A DNA stretch of 63,118 nt, filler included, from Octopus bimaculoides (Eukaryota), in NCBI RefSeq assembly GCF_001194135.2. It is 4 parts of 4 records of this genome, joined end to end, with 100 filler letters (N's around TTAATTAATTAA, not from the genome) between each part and the next. Parts side by side here need not be neighbours in the genome. Positions count along the whole stretch, not along the records: positions 37,134 to 60,848 come from NC_068984.1; 3 more parts are not named here. One strand, 5' to 3'. A model generated the notes under the pieces. That model worked only from the letters and a program-made list of their open reading frames with translations, was not told the origin of the DNA and did no database searches. Positions 37,777-51,360 of the stretch are shown in pieces (the first letter of the stretch is position 1; every line of letters starts with the position of its first letter). The position numbers and the translations under genes were made by a program.

Positions 37777-39367
37777 CTAACAATTCAAAAGGTAAACCAT
37801 TGATATTCCAGCTTCAACTTTAGGGCTATTTTACCATTAATATTCAAATTCAAAACTTAACTCAATAATATTTGAGCTTCTAACTTTAGGGTTATTGGTT
37901 TCATCTCTTTGTACCTTTGTTCTCGTAAATCGCTGTTTCTTCTAATTTGTTTTAGTAATTTGGTTGAGATAGATTTGCTTCTTTGTGTTCTAGTTATCCT
38001 GAACATGACGTGAAGCCATGAAATTGATACGAAGGAGAATTTGCTTCTAAAGTACGAGGTATTTTTAATCTTACAAACAATTCTTTCAGATTTAGAGACA
38101 TTTAGATCTGCCTACATTTTTATAAGAAAAGCCATTAGCAATTCAGTGTTTTAAATATATTTTCTCCCCTTGTTTTGTTTTACTAACTGGCGCCATTGAC
38201 GCTTAATAACAGATGCGAGAAGAAACAAGTGTTGAAACCAGGCCGCTATTTTCACCAATTATTTCACTTCTAGTGTGTAATGTCAAGAATAGTATGATGA
38301 TAAGCGCTACTCAAATACCAAAATAAACCATAGATAGTTTAAAAGTAAATGTCGTCGATAAATCTGTGAATTAACTACAGTGTCAAATATTTCTTTTTTC
38401 GGTTCAAACATTTAAAGATGGAGAAGTGATTACATAAAACAAAGATTACCACACGCTTGGAAATATATGTACATGGAATGAACACAATCTGCTAGAAAGA
38501 ACCGATGAGTTCTCTCTACCGTCTTAGAAATACAAATAATTAGATAATCATACAGTTTAGAATTTTTTTAATGTCTGAAAATAAGAGAAAGAGTCATGGC
38601 TGTCATGCCTTATATCTACAAGATTAAAGGTTATCTGCGCCTAAACAACACTAACAACAACATTTTTGTATAGCGTGTTTTACCACTTCTACGCTTTGCA
38701 GTTATGATATTAATGTTCCTATGAGTACTATCCACCAGTTAAACAATTCAGGCAATTCACTAATGAAGACTAGAGATGGCCCTCTAATGTATATTTCAGG
38801 AACTATCTTATCAGGAAGACTAGTTAACGGATTTTTCTTGGTTCTTACTTTCTTAAAGGCATTTGGTACTTCTTCACTTATACAAAAAAGAAATAACGTG
38901 ATTGATCAAACTCATAAAACCAGAGCTTAACCCGTTTTCCTTGACGTGTAAGTGAACGCATTTACAAATGAGTGGACTGAAGCTAAGTAAAATAAATTGT
39001 TCTGATCAAGAAGATTTCCTGTCAGGAAATCGCTATTTAACGATCGTAAGTGCAATTTCCTAACCTCTTGGCCACGCGCTTAGGAGTTAAAGCGCCAAGG
39101 ACAATAAAAACAGCATAGTAAGATAATTATTCTAAGCACTATTGTGGTCAGTATGTATTCAAAGTGTAATTACATAATATTGGAGAGCAACTTTGAAAGT
39201 TTATTTTTCAAACAATTCAAAACAACAGAATATTTCTAATGCTATAAAAGGGAAACTCGACTTTGAAACAGCATGGGACATTAGGTTTCCACATTAAGGC
39301 AAGATATACGACAAAATGATAAATAACAATTGAAAATATAAAAATGAGAATAAGTCAAATTTCTTAC

Positions 39368-39708
39368 CTGCGTGACATTTTTACGCCCACCGTTTTGTGG
39401 AGAGAAACCTGAAGTTCTGGCAAACGCCAAAACTTTGTCAGTTGAAGTTCCTCCGCCATGATAACGGATATTATTAATTGCATTTTTAAGAGCTTGTTTG
39501 TTATATATTTGGTTAAGTTTAATTTTTGGCATCACAACGTTATCAAACGTCGTAACTCCAACTTGAACTCGTTTAGGACCAATTTCAAAGCTATCTACGA
39601 AACTGCTCACAAATCGAAGAGTTGTCTTGAAATTGGCTGCACCGACACTTCCGGATGAATCCACCAAGAAAAGTATATCAAGAGGATTGTCTTTACAGTC
39701 TTGGATAA
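39368..39708 (-). CDS. Exon 6: VWA domain 2, N-terminal part (IQDCKDNPLDILFLVDSSGSVG...GGGTSTD...NVTQ)
   Basis: 341 nt, same length as exon 2; acceptor tcttttgtgtag, donor CAG|GTAAGA. Confidence 0.95.
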
Positions 39709-40393
39709 CTACACAAAAGAATGAAAGTGTTAAATTTAGTATGTATGTATGTATGTATGTATGTATGTATCTATCTATCTATCTATATATCTATCTATGT
39801 ACGTATCTGTCTGGCTATCTGTAAGTGTAAGATGTTTATAAGTGATATCACGAAAGAACAAAATAAGTGCACCCGATACTTATAGAAGAGTAAAAAAATA
39901 TAATGTTTCCATAATTCCGAGATAACTTAGACATGCTTTGGCCTTTATTGACCCAGGAAATGTCACACTTAAGAGCACTACCTGAAGTTGTCTTTTAAGT
40001 CATGTTTTAAGACATCACAACACAGCCCATGCAAATAGACAGATTTTTGCAGAGATATATCCGAGTATTGATAGTTTGTCTAGTATTTCTTGGAGCAATT
40101 TACCTAGATACCATTTGAATGTCATGGTATCTTTTTCTTCTATGAATTCTTTCGGAATAATGCTTTGTTAGGTAATAAAAAGCATACAAGCGATAGAATT
40201 GTTCGATTATTTTACTGGTATTTAACTTTTTCAGTACTAAAAGTCGGAGTTAAAGTGAACACCCGAGGTTCTTAACAGATAATGTAAGAAAAGTAAAATA
40301 AAATTACTATATTGTTTGGAATTTAGCCTTAAGTTCTTCAATTACCTATCAATTTGCCTACACATCATGGTTATATAATATGTGCTTACTTAC

Positions 40394-40420
40394 CTGGCGG
40401 CGTTGTTGTTGGGGGCATGG
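40394..40420 (-). CDS. Exon 5: 27-nt microexon, Pro/Thr hinge (TMPPTTTPP)
   Basis: Acceptor tatattgcag, consensus donor CAG|GTAAGT; phase 1-1 and frame-preserving. GC-rich within an AT-rich intron. Confidence 0.78.
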
Positions 40421-40984
40421 CTGCAATATAAAATTTCATATAATTAATAAGTTGTATCGTATGATGACAATCGATCTTTCGATCGAACTGTATAAATTAA
40501 ATTTCTATTATTTTTTTATGTGTTTTTTTTTCTATTACTGATAGTATCTGTCTGTCAGTTCTTCTGATAGAAGTGATGCTGTATATTTCCTTTCCTATTT
40601 TATTTTTCGGCGACAGGAGATGCAATTTAACCAAAAAATTCAGTCTCTGAATTAATACCACGAGATACCTTGACCGGCTGTCATACAATTCTGTTAATCC
40701 TCTACTCTTCCATTGGTACTTTATATATCGGACTCGAAAGAAATGAAAGACAAGGTTTACCTCAAATGACTTTGAACTCAAAACTCACCGTCTCAGAACT
40801 GATAACACAAGACTGACATTTACAATTTCACCAATTCATCATCCTCGATTATTTCTATAAATATCAGGCCCGAAAGGAATGAAGAATAAAGTTCACCTCG
40901 GTGAGATACGAACTCAGAGCAAAGGCCACAAATCATTCAATCTGATGCTCTAACGACCCTGCTAATTCAAAAACATAAAATAAG

Positions 40985-41215
40985 GCCCATAAGGCTACCG
41001 TCACGGATTCCATGACATATATATTCCCTCCTGAACAGAACACCGGTTCGTCGCACGATTGCTCATTTTTGCCAGTTGAGTGCATAGTAGCAATATGAAA
41101 CTAGGCGTTTCATTTAAGAATACAATGCATCGCCCGACCCAGGAACCGAAACCTCTGTCTCGCCATCATGTGTACAGCTCCTTAATCATTAAGCCACGTG
41201 CCTCCATTCTTCGCC
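40985..41215 (-). mobile_element. Degenerate tRNA-derived SINE
   Basis: Minus-strand head GGAGGCACGTGGCTTAATG...GGTTTCGGTTCC with A/B-box-like motifs. Confidence 0.55.
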
Positions 41216-42872
41216 AATTAGTTATAAAAGATGTCATCAGCATAAAATTACCTAGAATTCGAAAGAATCTAAATATGAGACTTGACCTACTAGAAAGAGT
41301 AGTTAAATCACCCTAACATCACAACTCTGTCAACTAAAAACAATTGATTTTATAATAGATAGTTTAGCACAAGACATCTCTACTGCGACTGGTATGATTT
41401 TGATCATAATGCTTGCAGAATGCAGAATGGACTGGTGTTAAATAGCAACAACAAAAACTAAGGGTTTTTTTTTCCCCAAGATATCTTTGGTCAATAAGGA
41501 TTTCTTACATAACCACAAAACCATCGATTCCATTACATCCTTTATGTGTATTTCAGTAACGGCAAACTAACATGTAAGTCTCAATGTGATACCCTGACTA
41601 GCTAAAATTAGCTGCCAAAATTCCATAAAATCGCACGTTATCTTTCTAAAAGGCGAAGATATTTGGGATGATGCATTCTTTGATGCATTCTGCCTCATAA
41701 ACGAACGAGGTTTTCTTAATGAGTACTGATACTCATTTGTATGAGGTGATAGAATAATTCTCTTTCCTTCTTTGTGTAACACGATAAAATAATAGTATCA
41801 TTTATTTCTCTTACCCATTAGAGTAATAGTAATGTTTCACTAATTTGTATGAATCTGCAAGATAGTAATGTTTCATATTTCTATGACGCAATTAGATGAA
41901 AGTATTATTTGATCGTTTATATGATGCTTAAAAATAGTATTGTCACTCGAATATTTGTAAAACGCTGTATTCATTTCACATTTTGGTACAAGACCAGTAA
42001 TTTCGAGCGACGGGATAAGGCGATTACATCGATCCCCGGGCTCAACTGATAATCATTTTATCGATCTTGAAATGATTAAATGCAAGTCTCCTAGGCGGAA
42101 TTTGAACACAGAACATAAAGACGGACCAAATGCTGCTAACCCTTTTGAGCAGCGTGTTAATGATTCTGCCAGCATACCGCCTTTATATAGGATAATAATA
42201 TTGGTTTCAAATTTTGGTACAAGGCCAACAATTTCAGGGGAGAGATAAGTGGATGACATCGAGCCCAGTGCTTTACAGGTACTTATTTTATCAAACTCCA
42301 AAGGGATGAAAAGCAAAGTCGACCTCGGCATAATTTGAACTCGAAACGTAATGCCATTAAGCAATTTACCCAGCGTGCTAACGATTCTGGCAGTTCACAG
42401 CCTTGTATTTGATTGGTAATTTGTAAGACGCTATAAATTAAAGGATTGTTTGCTCATTTGTTTGACAATAAACAAGAAAGATATTGTTTGCTCATTTGTA
42501 CGATGCTATAGCATAATACTGTTGTTTGATCATATGTATGAGGCTAAAGTTAATGTTATTGCTTGATAAATTATATAACGCTATAAGATAATAATATTAT
42601 TTACTCATAGCGCTGTAATATAATAGTATTTACTCATTTGTGTGATGATAAAAGACAATAACAGTTTTTGTTCTGGGAAGAAATTACAAAGCGAAGCAAA
42701 AGTAATCACGGCAAGATATTAAAAGTCGGTCATAATTAATGCCATACCTATTTGATTTCAAATACTTAATTTACAAAGTTTGTTCTTGGTATAATTATTA
42801 ACTCTAGATTTCATGTAAACGATAAAAGCAAAAGTGAAAGAATAGTATTATTTCCAATAAACGTTTCCTTAC

Positions 42873-43022
42873 TTGGACAGGGCTGTGTGTTACACGTTTT
42901 GTTTTCTCCTGTATTGGCGTAACACTTCGCGAGAAGACATTTTCGGGTACGTTTTGAAACACCTGTTCCGCAAGAAACTGTACAGGGAGACCAAGCACCC
43001 CAGTTATCATATTGACGTTTAG
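42873..43022 (-). CDS. Exon 4: thrombospondin type-1 repeat (AKRQYDNWGAWSPCTVSCGTGVSKRTRKCLLAKCYANTGENKTCNTQPCP)
   Basis: 150 nt, phase 1-1; acceptor ttctgttctatttag, donor A|GTAAGG. WxxW, CxxSCG, RxRxC and six Cys. Not in the ORF track. Confidence 0.93.
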
Positions 43023-43242
43023 CTAAATAGAACAGAAGAAATCAACAGACATTAGAACATATGGCCAAAGTGCAGTGTAGTTCTTTTTCTATTATAAACG
43101 AAAGATATACATAGAGAGTGAGCGAATGAATGAGAAACAGAAATCATTTAAAATACCTTCATTGATTTAATTGTAAATGCTTTTTATTGCAGTATCATTG
43201 AGGATTTTGGTGATACACACACATACATATACACACACATAT

Positions 43243-43304
<62 letters not shown>

Positions 43305-43350
43305 NNNNNNNNNNNNNNNNNNNNNNNNNNNNNNNNNNNNNNNNNNNNNN

Positions 43351-43389
<39 letters not shown>

Positions 43390-43809
43390 GCGCGCGTGCA
43401 TGTGTGTGTTATAGCGTAAATTTGTCCTAAGCATCTCGTCTCACTTCGAGAAGAGATAATGTAAAATTAAGACAATATTGCATGCTAGTGAAATATCTTA
43501 AAACTCCACAACTTTCCCAGTTTGATGGATTGCATAATTATAAGAGCGTAGTTACGATTAGTTGAACCGAATTAAGTTATGTGAAGGCCTTAACCTCGAG
43601 CAGAGCAATTAGACAAACCCGATAGAGAGACATAGTCGTACAGGGTGTATTGTTTTACCCAGAAACACTACTGTAATGGCAATCACAACGTGTCCAGCGT
43701 ATTTGATCCCCGAACGGGTTAAGGAATTAATAAATATTCACTGAGTGGTAAGGAAAACGTGAGGTCAATTACAAGAAAGACTCTTATTTTGAAATTAGCT
43801 TCAATTTAC

Positions 43810-44038
43810 CTGTGCAAGTTTGTGTATGCAACTTGTCTTGGATTTTCTTTAGCTCGTTGAAGTTTCCGACGGTTGAAACCATATCTGGTGCAGAAGCTAT
43901 AGCTTTCAGTTCGGTCTGGTCAACACCACTGCCAATTCCAATTGAAAATACTTGTATGTTTGTTTGATGTATCAGGTCCGCCTCACGTTTTGTCCATGCC
44001 TTGTTACCTGATCTTCCGTCTGTAACAACAACAACAAC
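43810..44038 (-). CDS. Exon 3: VWA domain 1, C-terminal part (VVVVVTDGRSG...KLHTQTCT)
   Basis: 229 nt; acceptor ttttcag, donor G|GTAAAT. Contains the TDG MIDAS Asp, IGIG motif and closing Cys. Confidence 0.95.
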
Positions 44039-45040
44039 CTGAAAATTCAAAATATGGAAATTGGTAAATATATTTGTTATACACGTTGAATATTTAACAG
44101 TCTACACATTGATACGTTGTATAATACCGGTTTCAAACCCTGGCACAAGACCAACAATTTTGGAGGAGGGCGTAGGACGATCACATCGACCCCAGTGCTC
44201 CTATGGTACTTGTTTTATGTACTCCGAAAGGACAAAAGGCAAAGTCGACCTCGGCAGAATTTGAACTCAAAACGTAAAGATAGACGAAAAATCGCTCAGC
44301 AGTTTGCCTGGCACGGTAACGGTTCCGTCAGCTCGCATTCTTATATGTTGTATAATATTATAGAACAACAGAGTAAATGTATTGCATTTTAGACATAAGG
44401 GATTCAACTGACATAAATGTATCATGTGACATTTTCCATTATGACAGGACAGATGATGTGGGGTTGAATCAGCAGAATTTCAACTCACAAAGTAAAATAA
44501 CAAGAATTAATTTACAGCAATGCTATTGTCCAGAGATCTATTCTATCGCTCATCTATGTGACCTCTTTCAACAGAAAAGCTGCTGAGGCCAATTTATCTT
44601 AAGCCTCTAAATGCGTACAGTAGTTCAGATTGATAAATTATTTCATGCTTCCTAAACGCAACCTCGTACTAGTATCGCTGCAAGTCATGATAAATAGATT
44701 CACTGTTTTGATATTAACTTATGAATTCAATAAATCCCTGACGGCACACACCAAAAGAATAAGCAAAAACAATACGGAAGTCTAACTGTTAACCTATATA
44801 GTAATAATAATAATAATAATAATGATAATAATGATAATAATAACCCTTTCTCTTATAGGCACAAAGCCTGAAATTTTGGAGGAAGGGTTTAGTCGATTAC
44901 ATCGATTCCAGTGTTTTACTGGTACTTAATGTATCAATCCCGAAAGGATGAAAAGCAAAGACGACTCCGACGAACTTTGCACTAAGAACGTAAAGACGGC
45001 ATGCCTGGCATGCTAACGATTCTGTCGGCTCGCTGCCTTC

Positions 45041-45093
<53 letters not shown>

Positions 45094-45769
45094 TTCTTTT
45101 AGTAGCCACCAGGGCAAAGGATGAGGGGCACAATACTAAAACAAACATAAAGTGTGGGGGTTTACATATGTTGGAATGAGAAAAAAATATATATATATAT
45201 ATAATGTATGTATATATANNNNNNNNNNNNNNNNNNNNNNNNNNNNNNNNNNNNNNNNNNNNNNNNNNNNNNNNNNNNNNNNNNNNNNNNNNNNNNNNNN
45301 NNNNNNNNNNNNNNNNNNNNNNNNNNNNNNNNNNNNNNNNNNNNNNNNNNNNNNNNNNNNNNNNNNNNNNNNNNNNNNNNNNNNNNNNNNNNNNNNNNNN
45401 NNNNNNNNNNNNNNNNNNNNNNNNNNNNNNNNNNNNNNNNNNNNNNNNNNNNNNNNNNNNNNNNNNNNNNNNNNNNNNNNNNNNNNNNNNNNNNNNNNNN
45501 NNNNNNNNNNNNNNNNNNNNNNNNNNNNNNNNNNNNNNNNNNNNNNNNNNNNNNNNNNNNNNNNNNNNNNNNNNNNNNNNNNNNNNNNNNNNNNNNNNNN
45601 NNNNNNNNNNNNNNNNNNNNNNNNNNNNNNNNNNNNNNNNNNNNNNNNNNNNNNNNNNNNNNNNNNNNNNNNNNNNNNNNNNNNNNNNNNNNNNNNNNNN
45701 NNNNNNNNNNNNNNNNNNNNNNNNNNNNNNNNNNNNNNNNNNNNNNNNNNNNNNNNNNATAAATTCACT

Positions 45770-47965
45770 CGAGGACAGCACCTCACTTTCCTTTTCAAGT
45801 GAACCTTACAAAATTCCATGTGAGCTTTACTAAAGAAGAATGTCTCTGTCCTCATTCCTTTCAGCCTCGTCCACCTGACAACCTCTTTCATCACAGCCAC
45901 CAGACAAAGGAAAACTGTCCTGCCTACCCGATTACAGGAGGGCGGCGGAGAAATCATCATTATGGATTCGGCTGACATAAAGATCCGCCCCACATGCGAC
46001 GACAGCTGCTCGATGTAACTCCACAAGTCAGCAATTCCCGGGCACTGAACGAGTGCATGCAGAAAGGTTTTGTCGCTCTGCGAGTACCTCGGGCAAACCC
46101 GTCTGATAGCACATCCATGTTTGTAGAGTTTATCTCGAACCGGCAGCATAGCGCCCCCCGGTAGGACTTCCAGGTCAAAGACATCTGAAAATTATCTATA
46201 GTAGTCCCCGACCGGAAATTCCTCCAGAATAGACTTGCTAACTAGTTCTCCCTCTAATCTATTTCTTTCCATTGCTAAATCTTTACTAAACGCTATCTAT
46301 TCTACTCCAATTGCTCTCTTCAGAGCGATCCACCGTTGGTTGTTGACAACAGGACCCGTTAACTGCCGCTAATCCGGTCACTCTAGTCTTTGCGAGCCGG
46401 TAAGGACGCGCTCATCTTCCAGTAAAGGGTTCCCTGTCTACTGGTCCTACCTAAATTTTCTGAGCATATCACAAATTTCCAATTTGTGTAGCCAACCAAT
46501 TTAAATTCTGCACAATTTATGCTATCCCTATTCTCTGACCTAACAAATACTCTATCTATATATGATCTGGATGACCTGCTGTAGTTGCTCCATGTCTACA
46601 CTAGCACATCAGGGAATTCCGGAAAGTTGGAAAGTCCTGAACAAGTTTTTAAATTTTTACACCCACTCCTACTATGTACTAAACCCACACAGTCCTTCCG
46701 TGCATCCAAAATACTATTCCAGTCCCCCACTATTACTAATATGTGAGACGTTCCAAACAATGTTTCTAGACACCTGAAGAAATCTGTCCTTCCAACCCCT
46801 GTAGGGACATAAACCACAACCAGTCTAAAGGCACCACTTTCACTGCCATTCACGTCGAGGACCACCACCCTACCATCCGGGTTCATGAAGATAGCCCGTA
46901 CTTGGAGATCTAAGGATTTCCGGAGTAGCACTACTTCACCGCCACTCGCTCCCGATAGGCCACAAGATGTGAACACCTCGAAAATAACTCGTAGTCCTCG
47001 AAAATGGATGCTAGAGCGTGTTTACCGGAGATCCTTGTTTCACTAATGGCACCCACATCCAAATTAAGCGACTTGAGATCATTGAGCAATTGACTTTGCT
47101 TCAAAGCTGTTCTTGTTGTTTTTGTTGGAGTCGTTGAGTTGTGTTGCAGTCGTGGTTTCAGTTTTTGTTGGTTTCTTGGAGTAGGGCTATGTACTCTCCT
47201 CCTCTTTCGGTTACCCACATTTGACACTGTGATCCTTGATCTTTCAGATCTTCTTTCTCCATGTCCTTACAGTTGATGTTGATTTGGAAGCAGACCATTC
47301 AGGAGAAACTTGCTTTTCCTTCTTTGTGTTGGTTTGGCAGCGGGTGTGAACGTAGGTGTGGAAGTCATTGTAGGAGTCTTGAGTGCGTGTTTATGATTTT
47401 GAGCTTGTAGTGTTTGTAATGTTGGCAGCAGTGGAACTTTATTTTTCCTTGTTTCAGGGCAGAAAGCCTTCAAGTGATTTTGTGGCATCTTGGCTTTCTA
47501 CCCTCCATGAACACTGACAGGTGAGTACCGTCCGGGAAATAGATTAGGTCGGACCGCTGGTCGATATGGTCCTGCATGCATTGCAAGGTCAGTTCCATAC
47601 CTATACCTAACCTGTTTTGCTTAGATAGTTTCTTGACCTCCAATATTGTGAATTCGTATTCTAAACATGCCAAGACGGCCGCCACTAACCAGGTATTCGC
47701 TATTTCTGGCGGCATATTCACCACCTTAATCTTGGCAAGTCGTTGGCCGCGATAGCTTGGGATTAAGAAAAAGTTGTCATTCCTCTAAGTGGTCGCGGAA
47801 TTACATCTAGCTTCTTCTGTCCCAAACCTCATCTCAATAGTTCCAAACTTCTTTCATCGGGTGATGTGGGTCTCTTTTTGTATTTCGCTCTCAGAAGCAT
47901 TTTCCACGCGTCGAGATTTGACAAAGAGCGCGTTCCTTTGTCGAACTGGCTTCTTTATCAGCCAT
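45770..47965 (-). mobile_element. Tx1/L1-type LINE: ORF1 + APE + C-terminal CCHC, RT deleted
   Basis: ORF1 (MADKEASS...VFMEGRKPRC), APE (AISETR, GRVVVLDV, VIVGDWN, YIDRVFV, YWKMSASL), then LPVRDKLY..CPR..LHALVQC. The ORF-track entry 46596..46976 is labelled + but reads on the minus strand. Confidence 0.88.
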
Positions 47966-48549
47966 CTTTATCAGCCATCTTTAAATAATTAAAGAAAATT
48001 GCAAAATATTTGCTTTTATTGTAAGTTTTTAAAATTCAAAATTTATTAATGAGTACCCCCAGCATGACAAGCTGTGTTTCTACACAAAAATACTATCTAC
48101 GCAGTCAAGACAATCTCGGAATTGCAATAGTAACAATAAAATGAACACAGGGGTCCTTAGAGTGCCGAAAAGATTACAAACACTGTTTCAACTTACGGAG
48201 CGCCAAATTTCCGTAACTTTATAGTATTGTGGCCANNNNNNNNNNNNNNNNNNNNNNNNNNNNNNNNNNNNNNNNNNNNNNNNNNNNNNNNNNNNNNNNN
48301 NNNNNNNNNNNNNNNNNNNNNNNNNNNNNNNNNNNNNNNNNNNNNNNNNNNNNNNNNNNNNNNNNNNNNNNNNNNNNNNNNNNNNNNNNNNNNNNNNNNN
48401 NNNNNNNNNNNNNNNNNNNNNNNNNNNNNNNNNNNNNNNNNNNNNNNNNNNNNNNNNNNNNNNNNNNNNNNNNNNNNNNNNNNNNNNNNNNNNNNNNNNN
48501 NNNNNNNNNNNNNNNNNNNNNNNNNNNNNNNNNNNNNNNNNNNNNNNNN

Positions 48550-48814
48550 ATTCCTATTATAGTAGGTGCCTTAGGTATAATAAAAAAATATTCAGACAAA
48601 TACATAACAAAAACACCAGGACTTACAAATATATATAACATACAGAAAATTGCACTACTGGGCGCAGCACACATCCTACGCAAAACACTTTCAATACAGT
48701 AACCATAAGAGCACCACAGCAAACCACAGCACATACCCAAGGCGCACAGAGCTGCGCTCGGTAGTGAAGTGAAAGCACGTTATAAAAATAAAACTACTGA
48801 ACAATAATAATAAT
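48550..48814 (+). mobile_element. R4/Dong-type LINE 3' end with (AAT)n tail
   Basis: IPIIVGALG...IQKIALLGAAHILRKTLSIQ* plus 3' UTR. Confidence 0.82.
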
Positions 48815-49393
48815 GCCCTGATGCAGTACCAGGCACTGGCCCTCATGGCTTCTGATCATAAATGATTGGAATTGTTATCATGTACGTTGTTTTTTCTTGG
48901 TATAAAAGATGGTTACAGTAAATATTCTGTTTAATACCACATATTTGCTTGTCAGTTGCTTGGATTTAACAAGTTGAGCATGTCCTTGGTGGCTGACGGT
49001 ATGTGCATCTCTGATCACGAGCAGAAGTAGTGGGAGAGCATCATGGCCATGTGTTGAGAGGAATTCTTTGGGGTCTGGATAATTCACCTCTAGAAACATG
49101 GGTGTTTCGTTCAACATCCTTAAACAAACCTTATTCGGGGACCTTTTGAGCGGGATGAGATACTCGACCTGAAGAAAATTCTAACTGGTCCCCCACCAGC
49201 AAGATCATGCGCTGTCTATCTTGATATGAGATGACCATGTCACGCACGTATGGTAGTGATGCATGTGCCTAATGTACCCTTATTAAACGGGTAGTATACT
49301 GGGCATCGTATATTTTATTCTAGTGTCATTTTGATGACATGCACTGCTCTCTCACTCAATAATAATAAGGTCTATTATCAGTGTTGTGTTTGT

Positions 49394-49459
<66 letters not shown>

Positions 49460-49790
49460 GGGGGTACAAATGTACGAAGCCTAATATACCCTCCATGAGT
49501 AACCGTCTCATAAGTCTATGCCAGGCACATGCATCACAACCATATGTCTGCGACATGGTGATCTTATATCAAGGTAAACAGAGCATGACCCTGCAGGTGA
49601 GGCCCATTTAGAATTTCCTTTGTGTCGATTAGCCCTTCCCGATCAAAAGGGTCTCTAAATAAGCTTGGTTTAAAGATGTTGAACGAAACACCTACGTTTC
49701 CAGTGCTGAATTAATCAAAACCCCAAAGAATTTTTCTCAATACTTGACTATGATGCTCCCACACTACATCTGCTCTACATCTATTAGTCT
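48815..49790. repeat. Tail-to-tail inverted pair of one dispersed repeat family around a (TAT)n tract
   Basis: 48960-49330 aligns to the reverse complement of 49465-49790 (e.g. GTGTTTCGTTCAACATC / GATGTTGAACGAAACAC). Confidence 0.8.
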
Positions 49791-49829
49791 ATACGTATTT
49801 TCTTCCCCGTCTTTAATGACAATGTCTGG

Positions 49830-50215
49830 TCGATTAACCTAGATTGTTCTCTCAGTGTTGACTGGAAAATCCGAGAGGATAGTGACATTTTTATCTTCAA
49901 CAACTGACTCGGGATGATGTTCATACCAGTAAGCAGGAGTGTTGATTTTGTAGTGTTTACATATTTTCCAATGTAAATACTGTCCTACCCTCTCGCGGCA
50001 ATTTTTGTATTCGTTTGGTGTCAGCACAGGACATCCTGCGACGAGATGATCTATTGTTTCATTAAATGTATCTATCACAGAACCTTCATTTAAGCTCAGA
50101 ACCGTTTTGAAGAACGTTAGCCTGGTAGTTTTTGGCAAGCAAGCTTTCATCTTGTGCCGCTAATATGAAACCTTCAGTCTCTGCTTTCAGTCCTGAGCTT
50201 CTCAGTCACTGATGG
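49830..50215 (-). mobile_element. R4/Dong-type LINE internal fragment (CCHC region)
   Basis: ETIDHLVAGCPVLTPNEYK...GQYLHWKICKHY...WYEHHPESVVE. Confidence 0.8.
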
Positions 50216-50726
50216 GTTGTTGCTTGTTAATTGCACACATGAGTGCAATTATTTATCGTCTCGTCGCTTAAAAACTCATTTGTTTATAAGGGTTAATTTA
50301 GCCTAAACTCTGAATTCACAAGAAACGCAGCTGCAAGCTGCCCGAGATAGTATGCGCAGATATAGAGCATGGATCAGAGAGGAACAGCGAGAAAATATAA
50401 TAAAAAGAGGAAAAAGACAGTACCGATAGAGACGTGAGGAAATAAATGTAGACGAACATAAAGAATATATAAAGAATGCTAAATTATGAATGCTATAAAA
50501 ATTCCAATCATCATTTCTTTCTTAAATAGGTCCTCATAGTTTTTTTCCCATTCCGTGGAACCTCGGGTCCCACTAGTTAAGTTTATAATATTAATAAGAT
50601 AACCTCAAGCCAAGAAGTGATAAAAGCCAAAATCAATTTCGGTGACGATAAATACAGAACCAAATAGTGAACCAAACATAGAAGCACATATTTTACCGAA
50701 CACATACAAAACTAAAGACTGTATAG

Positions 50727-51246
50727 CAGTGCTCACCAACTGTTTTTACACCACGGACCGGCTCCATGCCGGGTAATAATTCCGCAGACCGGTAGTATCA
50801 CATATGTGTAATTTAAGTGCATTTCGATAAAGAGAGCAATAATAAAAAGAACAATTTATTAATGGAAAGAAAAAGTGTATAATCTCTTTACTCTCATGTA
50901 CCGAAATTCTTTAAAATCTGAAAATTAGTTGGGATTAAAAAACTAGTTGAAAATTATTACAAAAAAATTTTAATATACATTGATTGTAAAATGTACTTAC
51001 AGTTATGATAGATAGTAAAGGTAGGCGTAAAATATACATTAATTATATAAATATACAAAATATTCATAAAATGTACTTACAGTCATGATAGATAGTATTG
51101 AGTTGGTGAATGTTGATTATTTAAACAAATCTTTTTAAATTTAGGTCTTATGTAATTTTAGACAAGTTAATTATTTTTCTGCGACCCAGTAGCAAGTGAT
51201 CAACGGAACAGGTAACGGTCCGTGGCCCAGTGGTTGAGGACCTCTG
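50727..51246. mobile_element. hAT (Charlie-like) MITE
   Basis: TIRs CAGTGCTCACCAAC / CAGAGGTCCTCAAC (rc); 8-bp TSD CTGTATAG / CTGTAAAG; no coding capacity. Confidence 0.82.
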
Positions 51247-51360
51247 CTGTAAAGTATTTAGACCTATTAAAATTTCTAATTAAATATGAGTGATTTTATC
51301 GATTCGATTAATTTAATATGAATAAAAATGTTTGAATTATAAAACAGTTAAAATCCATAC

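Noticed and set aside
42804-43010. ORF-track peptide MITGVLGLPVQFLAEQ...
   Set aside because: Wrong frame of the TSP1 exon; the spliced frame gives the WGAWSPC domain.
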